Origin: Hypanus sabinus
Taxonomy: Eukaryota
Length of the DNA stretch: 64,000 nt
Assembly (NCBI RefSeq): GCF_030144855.1
Contig: NC_082729.1
Coordinates: 35,154,001 to 35,218,000 of the forward strand
Reading direction: 5' to 3'
Of this stretch, positions 11,916 through 25,756 are shown piece after piece (position 1 is the stretch's first letter; each line of letters starts with the position of its first letter). The position numbers and the translations under genes were made by a program. The notes under the pieces are model-generated. The model saw only the letters and a list, made by a program, of their open reading frames with translations. It had not been told where the DNA came from and ran no database searches.

Positions 11916-12395
11916 AGAACATAGAACATAGACCATTCGGCCTATAATTTGCCGTATCAATTCGATCAGTCGATAAATGCCCAATTAACCAAATCCCCAC
12001 GGCCTACCTTTATCCTTCCTTGATGCTGATTCCACCCATCTCAACATGTCTTAAAGGTCTCTAATCCATCTACTCTCACCACCATTCCAGGCAGCATATA
12101 GCAGGCACACACCACTGTTTGTGTAAATAAATTACCCCTCGCATCTCCTTTCGAAATGAATCACCCTCGCTGTAAATGCACGTCCGCTGTGTTAGAATTT
12201 TCAATCCTGTGAAACATACTGAATATCCATGCCTTTCATGATCTTCTAAATCTCATCCCGCCACCCCAGTGAAAATAAGTGTGTTCAACCTCTTGTAGTA
12301 GAAAATGCTCTCTAATACAGGCAGCATTCTCGTAAATCTCCTCTGCAAAACCTCGACAACTTTCCTGCAATGGGCGGCCAGAACTGTATACACCT
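11916..12395 (-). mobile_element. Old CR1-type 3' fragment downstream of the receptor
   Basis: AGAACATAGAACATAG tail repeat. Paralogs at about 35020-35510 and 61940-62420, with more diverged versions after copies 2 and 4. Confidence 0.65.
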
Positions 12396-12429
12396 CTTTC
12401 ACCAAGTAGTCTCCATGTTCCTATGACCT

Positions 12430-13040
12430 CTCTCCTTCCAAGTCATTTTCACACAGAGAACAGGATGTTTTTCTTTTCACAACTTTCTTTGTAAACTCTA
12501 CATACTGTCGTGCGTGAAAATCCCAATAAATCAGCAGTTTCTGAAATAATCAAAACAATCTGTCAGGCGTGAACTGTCATACGCGGTCAAAGTCACTTAG
12601 TTCACGTTTTTTCCCCATTCCGATGTTTGGTCTGTGCAACAACTGAATCACTTGACCATACCTGCATGTTTTCATGCATTGCGTTGCTGCCATCTGAGTG
12701 ACTGATTCGATCTTTGCATTAACGAGCAGGTATACAGGAGTACCTTATAAAGTGGCCTAATGAAACGTAAAGATTCTACATACCAAACTAATACTATAAA
12801 CAGCAGTAAATACTTAAAAAAAAAACAAAATCAGATCAATGTTTGGTGTTACCACCCTCTACCTTTAAAGCATCACTTCTCTTGCTTCCACAGTCATGCA
12901 GTTTTACAAGAACATCGTCTGGTAGGCCATCCCAAGCATCTTGGAGAACTTGTCACGGTCCTTCTGCACACCTTGGCTCTCTCGCTTGCTTCTGTTTCTC
13001 CAGGTAATCCCAGACAGCCTCAATGATGTTGAGATGAAGT
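12430..13040 (-). mobile_element. Tc1/mariner remnants (non-autonomous element end plus transposase C-terminus)
   Basis: TAAAGTGGCC TIR-like end near 12750; the minus strand near 13000-13035 encodes LNIIEAVWDYLE (Tc1 PDLNPIE.W motif). Confidence 0.75.
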
Positions 13041-13381
13041 CCCTCTGGAGACAATGCCATCCAAAACCACATATAAACGATCTAGCGTGCCGAGGACATT
13101 GGCATAGTGTTGATGTATCCTTTGATAGACAACATCACGGTGCACAGCACAACCAAACCCATGTGCCGCTTTCAAACCTGATAACCCACCTATCTGGATA
13201 TCCATACCTTTTATTGACATAGTATATATCACGAACAACTGAAATTACTAGCACAGCTCTGTGCGGACAACCGCCTGTCACTGACGTATGGTCAAAATAA
13301 CACACCCCCCACCCAACCCACTCCTCCCCACCTTCTATCGGCGTGCCGAAGTTGAATCCAGGGAATAAAGTCGCGGTGGAT

Positions 13382-16300
13382 CACGCCTACTACTGGCATT
13401 GCATGTAGATGTGTTTCTCCAACGGCTCCATTCTTTTTAAACTACTAAATCCAATCTGTTTTGAAATCTTACTTTTGAAGTATTATGACGTCTCGTGCTA
13501 AATCTTCTAAAAACAAAAGGATCCTTCTGTGACGATGGAAGCTATTGCGGAGCTAATTCGGAAAGCTCAGAGCGAAACGTCCGAACAACTTCTGGATGTG
13601 TATTTAAAAGTTGTCTAGGAGGTTAAATGAATGGGGATTCCGCTGCAGACTATTCAAAAAACTTCACAGGAACATGCTACTCAGATTCAAAAACATGAAA
13701 ATGCTTTTACGAGACTGATGACTTGGAAAAGTTCGGAGATAAACAATAGAAAATCATTGAATCTTTAAGACAAAAGATTGTCCCTTTGGAGAGTAGATCA
13801 AGAAGGAACAATATACGAATTTTGGGTCTTCCTGAGTTGGTTGAAGGAAACCGCCTTCAGAATTTTTGCAAATCTGTTCGTTCGCTTGTTCTCTGATGTT
13901 TTGGATAATCTGCCTAGAATTGATCGGCGCACCGTGCCCCAGTACTTAAATCATCTTCTGAACAAAAACCCCGACCTGTGATAACTGCTTTTCATGACTT
14001 CCAAACAAAGGTTACTATATTAGGTATCATTAGCTTTGAAGAGTACAAGATAAGCCTGGTCGAAGTTTATTCACCCGAGGTATTAAATGAACGTTTTTAG
14101 AACAAAAAAGTCATCTTTGAGTTATATAGCAAAGGCTATAAACCTTCACTAAATTACCCAGCGTGCCTCACAATCAGTTTGAAAAATTGATCTCCTAGGT
14201 TGTTTCTTTGGTTTGAGGAAGTGCACGATTTTCTTCAGACCGAATCAAGTCCAGAATAATAATTGTTTAATACTGTATTATGTAAACCATGCTTCCTTAG
14301 CTTGACCGATTCTTCGTTGTTGGAAGTTTGCAGTCTAAAGGTTTAGTACTTAAACTCCAGAAGTTTAACTGTATATTTTTGCTTCTTATAACCTCGTCCA
14401 CTCCGGCTGACTGATCAATCCGTTGCATTTTTGTAGTTTATTTGTTCAGCATTTCTTCCTTTGAATTATTCTTTTTACTTCGATATATTTTCATAAATAA
14501 TTATTTTTTTCCTCACGTTTTTTTCATTTTTGACTCTTTAGAAAATTAATAGACTTACGCTCAGTAAGCTTCCCTTGTAATTATTTTTGCAAGTACTATG
14601 TTTTGAATTTTTTTCAGTTCGTTTGAAGGTTATTTAGTCTATTTTTGGATTTCATTTTGTACTAATATTCTCTTAGAGCTCTGCCATAGGATATTGGGGG
14701 TGCGAATTATCACTAGGTTAGCTTTCTTGGGTGATTTCTTTCTTTGGGAGGGGTGGGGGGAGTGGGCCGTTTTTATTTTCTTTCTCCTATTTATCAGCTG
14801 TTTGGTTAGTTGCGGTTAAGTATTTTGAATGTTAATGTTTGGATTTTTGGTATATTCCAGTGGTTCATATGTTTAACCTCTCTAAACATATTTAAATGGT
14901 ACGCAATATTAATTTTCTTAGTTTAAATGTGAAAGGCTTAAACCACCCTGTGAAACGCAATAAGGTTTTTACCTATATTAAGAAATTGAATGCCTCAATT
15001 TTTTTTTACAAGAAACCTATGTTCGCAGAACTGACTGTGGACATTTGTTCAAACGTTGGAATGGACCAGCTTCCTTTCAAGCCAAGGCGAGAGTTACTTC
15101 TATTTTTATTGACAATTCAGTTGCGTTTGTTCAACATGATGCAATGTCTGACCCCAATGGGCGGTTCGTTATAGTCTCAGGGAAATTTGATAATAAACTA
15201 ATGGTTTTTGCTCATCTCTATGCTCGAATATAGATGATCTCGGCTTTTTTGAACTTTTTTTTTACCAGACTTAAATTTGTACTCTTTAATCTTGGGAGGT
15301 CATTTTAATTGTTGTCTTGACCCAGTTTTAGACCGTTCATATTAGAAACGATTGAATTATAGTCGATCTGCTTCCTATATGCAATCGTTTCTAATGAAAT
15401 GTGACACTATTGATCTTTGGCGTTTTTATATTCAACAAGTAGAGAATATTCCTTTTTTCTCATGTTCAGCATACCTATTCCAGGATTGATTATTTTTTGA
15501 CAATAGTCATTTGATACCCTCTGTTCGATCCTCTGAATATAAAGAAATTTCTGTTTCAGATCATGCCTCCGTCTTTTTATCAGTAAATATTCTGGGTGTT
15601 TCTCGATCAAACAGATGTTGGCGTTTTGATCAAATTTTACAATCGGATAAGGCCTTTTTTAATTTTTAAAGAGTCAACTTACTTTTTTCTCTGAAGAGAA
15701 TACGCTAGATGGCACTTCTAGCCTTATTATTTGGGTTGCTTTCAAGGCTTATATTAGAGACTGAATTATTTCCTATACAGCACGTATTAAGAAAAACGCT
15801 AATAAGAAGATTTAGCCAATCAGCGGAAATATTTCGATCAAAAATATGCTTTTAATTCGGATTCCGTCTTATATAAATTACGCGTTGAAAACTAAAAGTG
15901 ATCTGTTCTTAACTTAATCTGTTGAAACTCAACTTTTAAAAGATAAAAGTCAAATTTATGTTCATGGTGATAAAACAGGCAAACGTTTCGCTAATTAACT
16001 TAAAACTTTCATAGTTAAACGTCCAATTAAGGAAATCTCCAAAGCAATAGTGATATAACTTCTGATCAATTAAAAATATACGATACATTTAGAGAATTTT
16101 ACTTTAAACTCTCTTGAAGCCATTTTCTCTATGAATGAATTTCTAGATCGTCTGAACATTCCTTCACTTTCTAAGGTTAATCGATAATTGTAAGATCAGC
16201 CTTTTTTCTTCTGAGGAAGTTACCCGGTTTACCCATTCCCTGAGTTCCGGGAAGGCTCCCGGCCCGGATGGATTTTCTGGAGAGTTTTGTACGGCTTTCG

Positions 16301-18866
16301 TTCCTTTGCTTATTCCTCATTTACTTTCTATCCACCATCTTTTAAATTAGGCATTTTGCCAGAATCTTTTCATGACGCCTCTATTTCATTTATTCTCAAA
16401 AAGAATAAAAACCCGACTGATTGCTGTTCCTATAGACCTATTTCCTTACTTAATGTTGACGCTAAAATTTTATCCAAACTTTGGGCTCATAGCATGAAAG
16501 ACATTTGCCTTCTATTATCTCTGATGACCAGACCGGATTTCATAAAAATCGTTATTCTCATTTTAACATTCGTCGTTTGCTGAATGATATTTACTCTCTC
16601 TCTAAAGCGACTTAGGAATGCTCAATCTCATTAGATGCTGAGAAAGCCTTTGATGGGGTAAAATGGAGTTATTTATTAAAAATATTAGAAAAATTTAACT
16701 TTGGGTCCAATTCTATTCAATGGATTAAATTACTTTATTCATCTCCCACTGCACAGGTTCTTACTAACTCTCAGAGTTCTAAACTTTTCTGTCCCTAACG
16801 TGTACCAGACAAGAATGTCCTTTGAGTTCTTTGTTTTTTGATTTGGCTTCAGAGCCTTCAGCCATCGCGTTTAATGATTCCGTTGACTTCTCGGGTATTT
16901 TAAGGTATCACTCATTAGTTGTCGCTTTATGCTGATAAACTTTTGCTCTACATTTCTAATGTAAAGTCCTCTCTACCAGTACTTTCTTTACTTTCTGAGT
17001 TTGTTCAGTTCTCTGGATATAAACTTAGTCTTCATAAGAGAGAAGTTTTTCCTTTGACTAATTTAGCATCAGTCAACTCTGACCTTGCTTTTAAAATTGT
17101 AAGAAATCAATTTACTTATTTCGGCATAACAGTTACTAGGAATTATAAAATTCTTTTGAAAGAAAGCAATGTCACTCTTTTGGAATATGTTAAGAAGATA
17201 ACATCAGACTGGTCTCCTCTTTCTTTATCGCTGCTTGGACGTATCAATTCAATTCAAATAAATATTTTGCCTAAGGTTTTATATGTATTCCATACCCAGA
17301 ACGTTTTTATTCCTAAATCCTTTACTGACACTTTAGACTTGACTATATCTTCATATTTATGGAAGAATAACACCCTCCGATTTCACCTTCAGAAAAATAG
17401 AAAAAATGGGAATTAGCCCTACCCAATTTTAGGTTTTACTACTAAACAGTCAACAAACGCTACCTTACGTTTAGGTTATATTATATTAATCCTGATGACG
17501 ATCCGGTTTGGGTGCCTTCAGAAGTTAATTCAGATAATAAATATTCTATTATTTCTGTTCTTGGTTCTTCATTTCCTCTATCCTTGAGTAATTTAACTGA
17601 TAATTATGTAGTTAAACATTCTTTGAGGATTTGGTTAAAATTTAGAAAATTCTTTGGGATATTTGGTTTTTCACTCTCTGGTCCCAATTTTTCATATTAT
17701 TTTTTAAACCTTCTTTGACTGACGGAGCTTTTAAAGAGTGGAATAGACTGGTATTAAATGTTTTCAGCATCTGTTTATCTGAGAGGTCTTTCCTCATTTG
17801 ATTAACTATCTGTAAAATATAATCTTCGTAAAGCTGACTTTTTTTAGATGTTTACAAATTAGAGACTTCTTGCGTTCTCAACTTCATACATTTCCTAAAT
17901 GTTCAGATAAGAATTTAATTGATACAATTTTTTTATCTAAAACCTTTTCGTAATGGATCTATTTCTAATATTTATAGTATGTCGTTGGAAATGACAAACA
18001 TTCCGTTAGACAAAATTAAAAATCTCTGGGAAAAAGACCTGCAGGTTTCAATTGATGAGGATACTTGGAATGTAATTTTTAAACTTGTTCACACCTCATC
18101 GTTATGTGCATGTCACTCTCTTTTACAATTTAAAGTGTTTCATTCAGCCTGTATGACTGAAGATAAGCTCTCTCGTTTTCACTGAGATTTTTCTCCATAC
18201 TCTAATAGGTGTAATGTCGAGAGGCCTCTCTGATTCATATGTTTTGGTCCTGCCCTCAGTTTGATAAATTTTGGAAAGAAGTATTTAAAAATTCCTCAGA
18301 GCTTTTTAAAGTGAATTTTAAATCCAATACACTGACTCCCTTGTTTGGCATAATTGGAAGAAATGATTTTACTCTTCAGCCGACTGATCTGCATATTTGA
18401 GCTTTTATTTCTCTTTTTGCCAGAAGACTCTTGTTAGTTTAATGGAAAGATGCCGCTCCGCCTACTCATGCCCATTGGTTGATTGAGGTTATGTCATGTT
18501 TAAATCTAGAGAATTTCTATACCTAGACAATTTTTTTCACATTATGGGGACCTTTTTGGAACTAATTTCACAATCTTCGATTTGTTAAGCAATGATGATG
18601 GCCACTATTTGTTTGAATTTACGACTGTATGTCCCAGATTATTTCTTCTTCTCTTTTAACCAAGAAGCTGTTTCTCTCCCTCTTTTTTTGTGTAATGGGG
18701 TATTGTTTTTTCTTTAGATTAGAATAAAATATACATTTCCAATTTTATGGTTACCTTATTATACATAGATATGTGGCATTGTAACCTTGCTTCTGTTTCC
18801 ATGATATTACAATATTATAATATTGTATTCCTCTATGGAAGTAGTTAATATAAATATTGAAAAAGA
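13382..18866 (+). mobile_element. Full-length but decayed L1 LINE (ORF1 about 13480-14260; ORF2 from 14896)
   Basis: ORF1 ESRSRR-NIRILGLPE-like motif; ORF2 APE (SLNVKGLNHPVKR), RT (YRPISLLNVDAKIL, SLYAD), A-rich tail. 15-bp TSD AAAGTCGC(G/C)(G/A)TGGAT at 13367-13381 and 18867-18881. Many stops and frameshifts. Confidence 0.92.
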
Positions 18867-19208
18867 AAAGTCGCCATGGATTCCGTCCATAATATACACT
18901 CAATGACATCACCTCAGTGTTTTCGCCCCGTTGTACTTGAAAGATTGGCGCTCTCTACAGACGCACGACACTCGAGTATTTAAACCACTTCCTGCAAGCA
19001 GGGTGCTTTCCTCTTTCTTTCCGATATGAAGCACACAAGAGATAAGATCTCAGTTCATTTCTTATTTACCTTTGAAACAGCAATACCAATTAAGCTTTTA
19101 GTAATTTTAATAAAACGTTCATGGACATATTTGGAAGAAAATTTGTGTTTATGCTCCTTTAGACTGTATCAATATAGAGCACATGTACCATATAGTGTAA
19201 CGAGTACT

Positions 19209-20105
19209 TAGAAACATAGAAAACCTACAGCGCAATACAGGCCCATCGGCCCACGAAGTTGTTCCGTGCATGTCCCTACCCATAGCCCTCTATTCTTCTA
19301 AGCTCCATGAACCTATCTAAAATTCTCTTCAAAACTCCTATCCTATCCGCCTCCACCACCATTGCCGGTAGCCCATTTCACTCATTCACCACTCTTTGCA
19401 TAAAAATCTTACCCCGACATCTAGTCTGTAAGTACTCTGAAGCACCTTAAACCTGTGCCCTCTTGCGTCAGCCATTTCAGCCCTGTGAAGGAATCTCTGA
19501 CTATTCACACGATCAATGCCTCTCATCATCTTATACACCTCTATCACGTCACTTATCATCCTCCGTCGCTCCAAGGAGAAAAGGCCGGGTTCACTCAACC
19601 TGTTTTTACGAGGCATGTTCCCCAATCCAGGCAACATCCTTGTAAACCTCGTCTGCACCTTTTCTATAGTTTCCACATCCTTTCTATAGTAAGGCAACCA
19701 GAAATAAGCACAGTGCTCCAAGTGGGGTCTGACCAGTGTCCTACATAGCGGCAACATTACCTCTAGGCTCCTAAATTCAATTCCACGATTGATGAAGGCC
19801 GATACACCGTACGCCTTAACCACGGAGTCAATCTGCGCGGCTGCGTTAAGCGCCCTATGGACTCGGACCCCACGATCCCTCTGAGCCGCCACACTACCAA
19901 GTGTTTTATCATTAATACGATATCATTCCATCATACTTGACCTACCAAAATAAAACACTTCTCACTTATGTGGGTTGACCTCCATCTGCCAACTCTCAGC
20001 CCAATTTTGCATCCTATCAATGTCCCGGTGTAATCTTTGACAGCCCTCGATACAATCCACAACATCCCCAAGCTTTGTGTATTCAACAAACCTACTTACA
20101 ACAAA
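19209..20105 (-). mobile_element. CR1 RT/3' fragment
   Basis: ORF 19386-19892(-) LVRPHLEHC...RFTRMLPG; AGAAACATAGAAA tail. Paralog at 42839-43735; the left junction is empty at about 63643. Confidence 0.85.
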
Positions 20106-20563
20106 CTGGCACCGATAAGAGACGTTTGCATGGGCACATGAATGTGAGGAAAATGGACAGCAGACGGGATTATTATGTTGGCCATGCGATTACTAATCTA
20201 ATTGGTTCAGTACAATTTCTGTGACAATTTTGGACCATTTCTGTGCTGGATTCTTCTGCGTTTTTGCAGGACTCTGCAAAACGTCCTGAGCACTTTTCGG
20301 TACTGAGGGTGGCTTCGACTTTACCACAGTACTGTATTTATCAACGCAGTCCCGAGGGTGCCTTTGTAAATCTGGCGGGCAGTTCAACGGCTGTTGGGAA
20401 TGGCGAGGGTAAAGCACCACGGGAGGGATGTGGTAGAGGTGCCGGAGAAGCTGTGCTATGGGTGGTGAGGGTGGTGGTTGCTGTCGTGGGTGCAGACACT
20501 TGTAACTCTCAGACTCGAGGCAATTCATTTCATTCCATTCAATTGGTTTATTGATCATTACAG

Positions 20564-21468
20564 TGTTGCAATGCGTGTCTGTCAACAATAAATATGGAAG
20601 TGTCAACTTAATAAACAAATAATCAATTTATTGAACTCTGCTCAACAAAAATGAAAAGTAATCAGACGACTAACTTAAACGGAAGTTAACTGCTGTACGG
20701 CAACTCTAAAATAGTTCTTAAAGTGGTGAATGCGAAAACAGTCTTTAAGTGGTAAATGTGAAAGTCCTAGTGATTTATACAGTTAATTGGGAGAGACTTT
20801 CCTGAAGTAACGAATTCCTCGACGACGTGACGTTACTGCTACTCCCAGCCAAAGTATGCCTTGTCCGAACGATTCACAACGAAGGAAATAAAAACGACTT
20901 AAAGGAACTAACTTTTTTCTTGGTGAATGAACACTGCACAATCATTTATACTCTTACAAGTAGGGGTTATCTCAGATGCAGGTCACTATTTCCTAAACAA
21001 AGATTCAATAATGTCGATCCTGCAGTAAATATCCGACGACACCAACGTTACTCGATCCTTTGCGTTCCAGTACTTCGGTAAAATATTGACTCTCCAATAC
21101 ATAGTCTTTAAAATTAAATCAAAGATACGTCAAACATCACTGGCAGAGATTGGCAAAACTGCCAGCACAAAGATTCTGTACCTTACAGTGGAAAGTAAAT
21201 CTCTACTTTGAACGAAACTGCATCATAAGAGTAAATATGCAGCATAACGGAGTAACTGATCAGTTAAACGACGATTCAACACAAAAACTCGTGCGTCTCT
21301 GCAGGCTTTCCCGTTTTATACCTGTTGGAACCTGTCATCACGTGACCTCACACTGGCGGGAAAATTACATCACCCATACCATCACAAGACCATTACATCA
21401 TGCTCCAAGGACACTCAATTACATCACGGTCATAAGACAGTCACAAGATACCCACGGGGCATGTAAAA
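20564..21468 (-). mobile_element. Solo LTR
   Basis: Begins TGTT, with 4-bp TSD ACAG (20560-20563, 21469-21472). The minus strand has a TATAAAA box (about 21315) and AATAAA (about 20630). Empty sites at about 7280 and 60060. Confidence 0.8.
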
Positions 21469-22140
21469 ACAGAATGACTCTCTGATGCTTCCCGCGTCCT
21501 CCCGTCTCCATTCCCCTTTTCCAAACAATGATTTCATTCTCCAAGCCCTCTTCCCAGTCTCAGTCCACAACACGGGCCCATATCTGAATCAGGCTTGTCG
21601 TCACTCAGATACGTCATGAAATATGTTTTTATATTGGTGACTGTGCAATGTATCAAATGACTTAAGTACTTTGCAGTAATAGTCCCTTCCCGCCCAACGA
21701 GCCGCACTGCCCAGCAACCCACCTGGTTAAGCCTAGCCTAACCACAGGAAAGTTTACAAAGGTCAATTCACCAAAGACCCAGTATGCTTTTGGAATGTAG
21801 GGGTTAAGCGAAGCACCCGGAGGAATCCCGCACGGTCACGGGAGCTAATTTTACTGGTAGGAGTAGCTTGCTCACTCGAGTCCAGTCTCATGTTCTCCTG
21901 ACTGGTTGTCATCGGAGGGTCCTCAGCTGGCTGTAAAGAATGATCCAGGATCTACAGAACCACGATGTACGAGTGGATACCACAATGCAGAATGCCAGCA
22001 TGAAACGTTGTTTAACGTGCAGAATCTGATGCAGGGGCAGACACCACACGCTTCTTGAGTGATTGAGGGCTTGGGATGGGGCGATCAGGGTCCAGTGGTT
22101 GGAGAGCAAGACTTTGAGCTGGAGCAGACATCCGCCGCCT

Positions 22141-23665
22141 GACTATGGCTGATCTGATTTATTGCTTGACCCTACCCTTCCGCTAGGCGACAATCTCCCT
22201 GAGCTACTCTGGGCACAAAGCCTTTCCAGGAAGATTTTTGGAACCTTGATGTTCCCCAACGCATCCGCCAGCAGATATTTATGTATATTTATTTATTAGG
22301 TCATGTTTAACAAATGCATTAGAGTTTTTCGAGGAGGTTACAAGGAAAGTGGATGAAGGGAAGGCAGTGGATGTTGCCTACATGGACTTCAGTAAGGCCT
22401 TTGACAAGGTCCCGCATGGGAGGTTAGTTAGGAAGATCCAGTCGCTAGGCAAACATGGCGAGGTAGTAAATTGGATTAGCCATTGACTCAATGGGAGAAG
22501 TCAGAGAGTGGTAGTGGAGGATTGCTTCTCTGAGTGGAAGCCTGTGCCTAGTAGTGTATCACAGGGATCAGTGCGGGGTCCATTATGATTTGTCATCTAT
22601 ATCAATTATCTGGATGATAATGTGGTAAATTAGATCAGCAAATTTGCTGATGATACAAATATTGGAGGTGTAGTGGACAGTGAGGAAGGTTTTCAAAGCT
22701 TGCAGAGAGATCTGGACAAGCTGGAAAAAAATGGGCTGAAAATGGCAGATGGAGTTTACTACAGACAAGTGTGAGTTATTGCACTTTCGAAGGAAAAGCC
22801 AAGGTAGAACATACAACATAAATGGTAGTGCACTGGGGAGAGCAGTAGAACAGAGGGATCTAGGAATACAGATACAAAATTCCCTAATAGTGGCGTCACA
22901 GATAGATAGGGTAGTAAAGGGAGCTTTTGGTACATTGGCCTTTATAAATCAAAGTATTGAGTATAAGCGTTGGAATGTTATGGTGAGGTTGGATAATGCA
23001 TTGGTGAAGCCGAATTTGGAGTGTTGCGTTCAGTTTTGGTCACCGAATTACAGGAAGGATATTAATAAGGTTGAAAGATTTCAGAGAAGGTTTACAAGGA
23101 TGTTGCCAGGACTTGAGAGACTGAGTTACAGAGAAAGGTTGTATAGTTTTAGGTCTTTATGCCCTGGAGCGTTAAAGAATGAGGGGAGACTTGATAGAGG
23201 TATATAAAATTATAATGGGTATAGATAGAGTGAATGCAAGCAGGTTTTTTCCATTGAGGCTAGAGGAGAAAAAAAAAACAGAGGACGGGTTAAGGGGGGA
23301 AAAGGCTAAAGGAAACATTTGGGGGCTTCTTCACAGAGAGAGTGGTGGGAGTGCGAGTGGGAAATGCAGGCTCACTTTTAACATTTAAGAAATCTTGGAC
23401 AAGATCAGGTGTATGGAGGGATATGGTCCAGGTGCAGGTCAGTGGGACTAGGCAGAAAAAGGGCTCGGCACAGCCAAAAAGGACCAAAAGGCCTGTTTCT
23501 GTGCTGTAATGTTCTATGGTTCTATATTTGTTATGTCTAATCAGCATCTGCCGCTTCCTGGCTATTACTCGGCCCATTTGGTTCCAGCAACATCTGAGCC
23601 TCACGCGGGTTCGTGCGGCCTGCTTCGGAGTCTGAATCCTAGCCTTCGTCATGTGCCTCCTCCTC
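22141..23665 (+). pseudogene. Receptor pseudogene, copy 2 (TM2-TM4 fragment only)
   Basis: Homologous to copy 1 from MADLIYCLTLPF. It has a TAG near 22185, a small deletion, a CR1 insertion and a TGA at 23633-23635; the 5' and 3' parts are deleted. Confidence 0.88.
22281..23524 (+). mobile_element. 5'-truncated CR1 inserted in TM3 of receptor copy 2
   Basis: RT motifs (MDFSKAFDKV, FADDT) and ORF 22749-23207; the same insertion is at the same site in copy 4. Confidence 0.9.
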
Positions 23666-24186
23666 GCATTATGCTCATTCCACCTATCGAAACATCACTT
23701 AGAGGTCTCTAAACTATCTACTCTTACCACCATTCCACGCAGTGTATTCCAGGCACACACCGAGCTCTGTATAAATAACGTGCCTCTCGCAACTCCTTTG
23801 GTCTATAGACCTTGGTGTCTAGGGACTTGCTATTGATAGGTGGCAGGTACGGGTACGGATGCTCCTGCTGGAAAAAGTGTGGGTGCTGGCTGATTCTTTG
23901 TTGCTAATTGTGCGTGGGGGAGGGGATCGGTTTGAAGTTCTAGAATTTTCCTGTCATTCAAACTTTGGGGATCGTTTTATCTGTGTTTTGGATATCTGCA
24001 ATGAGTAATGATTTCAGGTTGTGCACTGTATACATTCTCTGGCATTACGTGGAAGCATGGAACCATTGACGCCTCCGAATGCTTTTAACTCCATTTCTCC
24101 CTGTGCACATCAGCTCTGTTATGTGTGATGAGCAATCCATGGGGAGATGGGGTCCAGAGTTGACACCCCCCTGTAATCTATGCTGC

Positions 24187-24190
<4 letters not shown>

Positions 24191-24250
<60 letters not shown>
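24191..24250 (+). repeat. (GA)30 microsatellite
   Basis: Perfect dinucleotide run. Confidence 0.98.
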
Positions 24251-24253
<3 letters not shown>

Positions 24254-24776
24254 AGAGGGAGAGAGGCACCATGATTCACATGCTGATAATGAGAGAGAGA
24301 AACAAGGATTTATAGTTATGGCTTCTTCGCTAATTGTTGACTACTTCCAAGGACTTTACCTGCTTGTGTGAGTCCCTGCTGATACAGCAGAGTGGTGTAA
24401 GGTGCCTGCTGAGACAGCAAGGAGTGGCCCAGTTTGATGGATATGGACATGGTCAGTTGACGGATGGCTGGTACACCAGCAGCGGAGATAAAAGACGAGT
24501 CTGCTAAGACAAAGACAGACAAACCACTGGAAACTGTGCAGAGTGTTGTGCACCCAGAGGAAGGTGGGGGCTTGGAGGATCTATTCGGGGGAATCTGTCA
24601 GATTCTCACAGTGTGCGAAGGCAGGCCGGTTGGGGGCTTGTGTGCGTGTCCACCCTCGCCTGGGTGTCGAGCCCACTACTGAAAAATTGTCTGGCCTGGA
24701 ACGGAAGGGTCATAATCGGTGACCACAACGACGGTACAACAGGACAAGATAACGAAGGTTTGCCTGCTGAAGCTGC

Positions 24777-24780
<4 letters not shown>

Positions 24781-24855
<75 letters not shown>
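24781..24855 (+). repeat. (CT)~37 microsatellite
   Basis: Perfect dinucleotide run. Confidence 0.98.
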
Positions 24856-24859
<4 letters not shown>

Positions 24860-25214
24860 TAACGTCACAACAGCAACTACCTCAACCCAAACTGAACTGA
24901 ACTGAACTCTGCATTACCTTAAGACTATTCATTTGATAGAGCTAATCTTTGATCGAGCTTGGTTTTGGTTTATATTTCCACACTTCTGTATATATCATTG
25001 CTAATCTGTTTTATATGTATACTAGCATTTTTGATTCTGTAGTACTTAGTTTACTAATAAACACTTTTAGTTACAGTACCACCGGACTCCAACTTATCAT
25101 TCCATTTCTATTGGTTAGGTAACCCAGTCAAGGGGTACGAGACAGCTCCAAAAGGGAATCATCTCACTCTTGTCTACATCAGCTATTTGTAGGTCCATAT
25201 CTGTAGCCAATATA

Positions 25215-25734
25215 CACTGAGTGGCCAATTCATAAGCTCTTCGAGGGCAACCCTGTGTGGTCTTCTGCTGCTGTAGTCCATCCACTGAAAGGATTGACAT
25301 GCCGTGCATTCAGAGATGCTCTTCTGCGCGCCGCTGTTCTAATGTGTGGTTATGCGGGGTACTGTCTGCTTCCTGTCAGCTTGAACGAGGCTGGACATTT
25401 TCCCACGACCTCTCTCTTCAGCAATACTGTTTCAACCACAGAACGGAATGTTTTTTCACACCTTTCTCTGTAAACTCGAGAGACTGTTGTGCATGAGGAC
25501 CTCATTTAATCAGCAGTTTCTGAAATATTCAAACCACCCTGTCAGGCTTGAACCATTATTCCACAGTCAAAGTCACTTCTTCCCCATTCTGATGTTTGGT
25601 CTGAACAATAACTGAACCTCTTGACCATGACTCCATGCTTTTATGCATTGCGTTGCTGCTACTTCATTGGTTAATAAGGTATTTGCATAAACAAGTAAGT
25701 ATACAGGTGTACTTAATATGGTCGCCATTGAGTA
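25215..25734. mobile_element. Tc1-like non-autonomous element (MITE)
   Basis: TA|CACTGAGTGGCCA...GCCATTGAGTA|TA degenerate TIRs with TA flanks. Paralog at about 48450-48968; partial copies at about 12430 and 35560. Confidence 0.7.
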
Positions 25735-25756
25735 TACAGCAGACTGTCCAATTATC

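Larger units (their letters stand above)
24117..25144 (+). mobile_element. Solo LTR (1028 bp)
   Basis: TGT...ACA termini, 4-bp TSD GCTC (24113-24116, 25145-25148), AATAAA near 25055; empty site at about 48400. Confidence 0.85.

Noticed and set aside
24180-24900. RE-repeat and SL-repeat ORFs
   Set aside because: These are translations of the (GA)n and (CT)n microsatellites.
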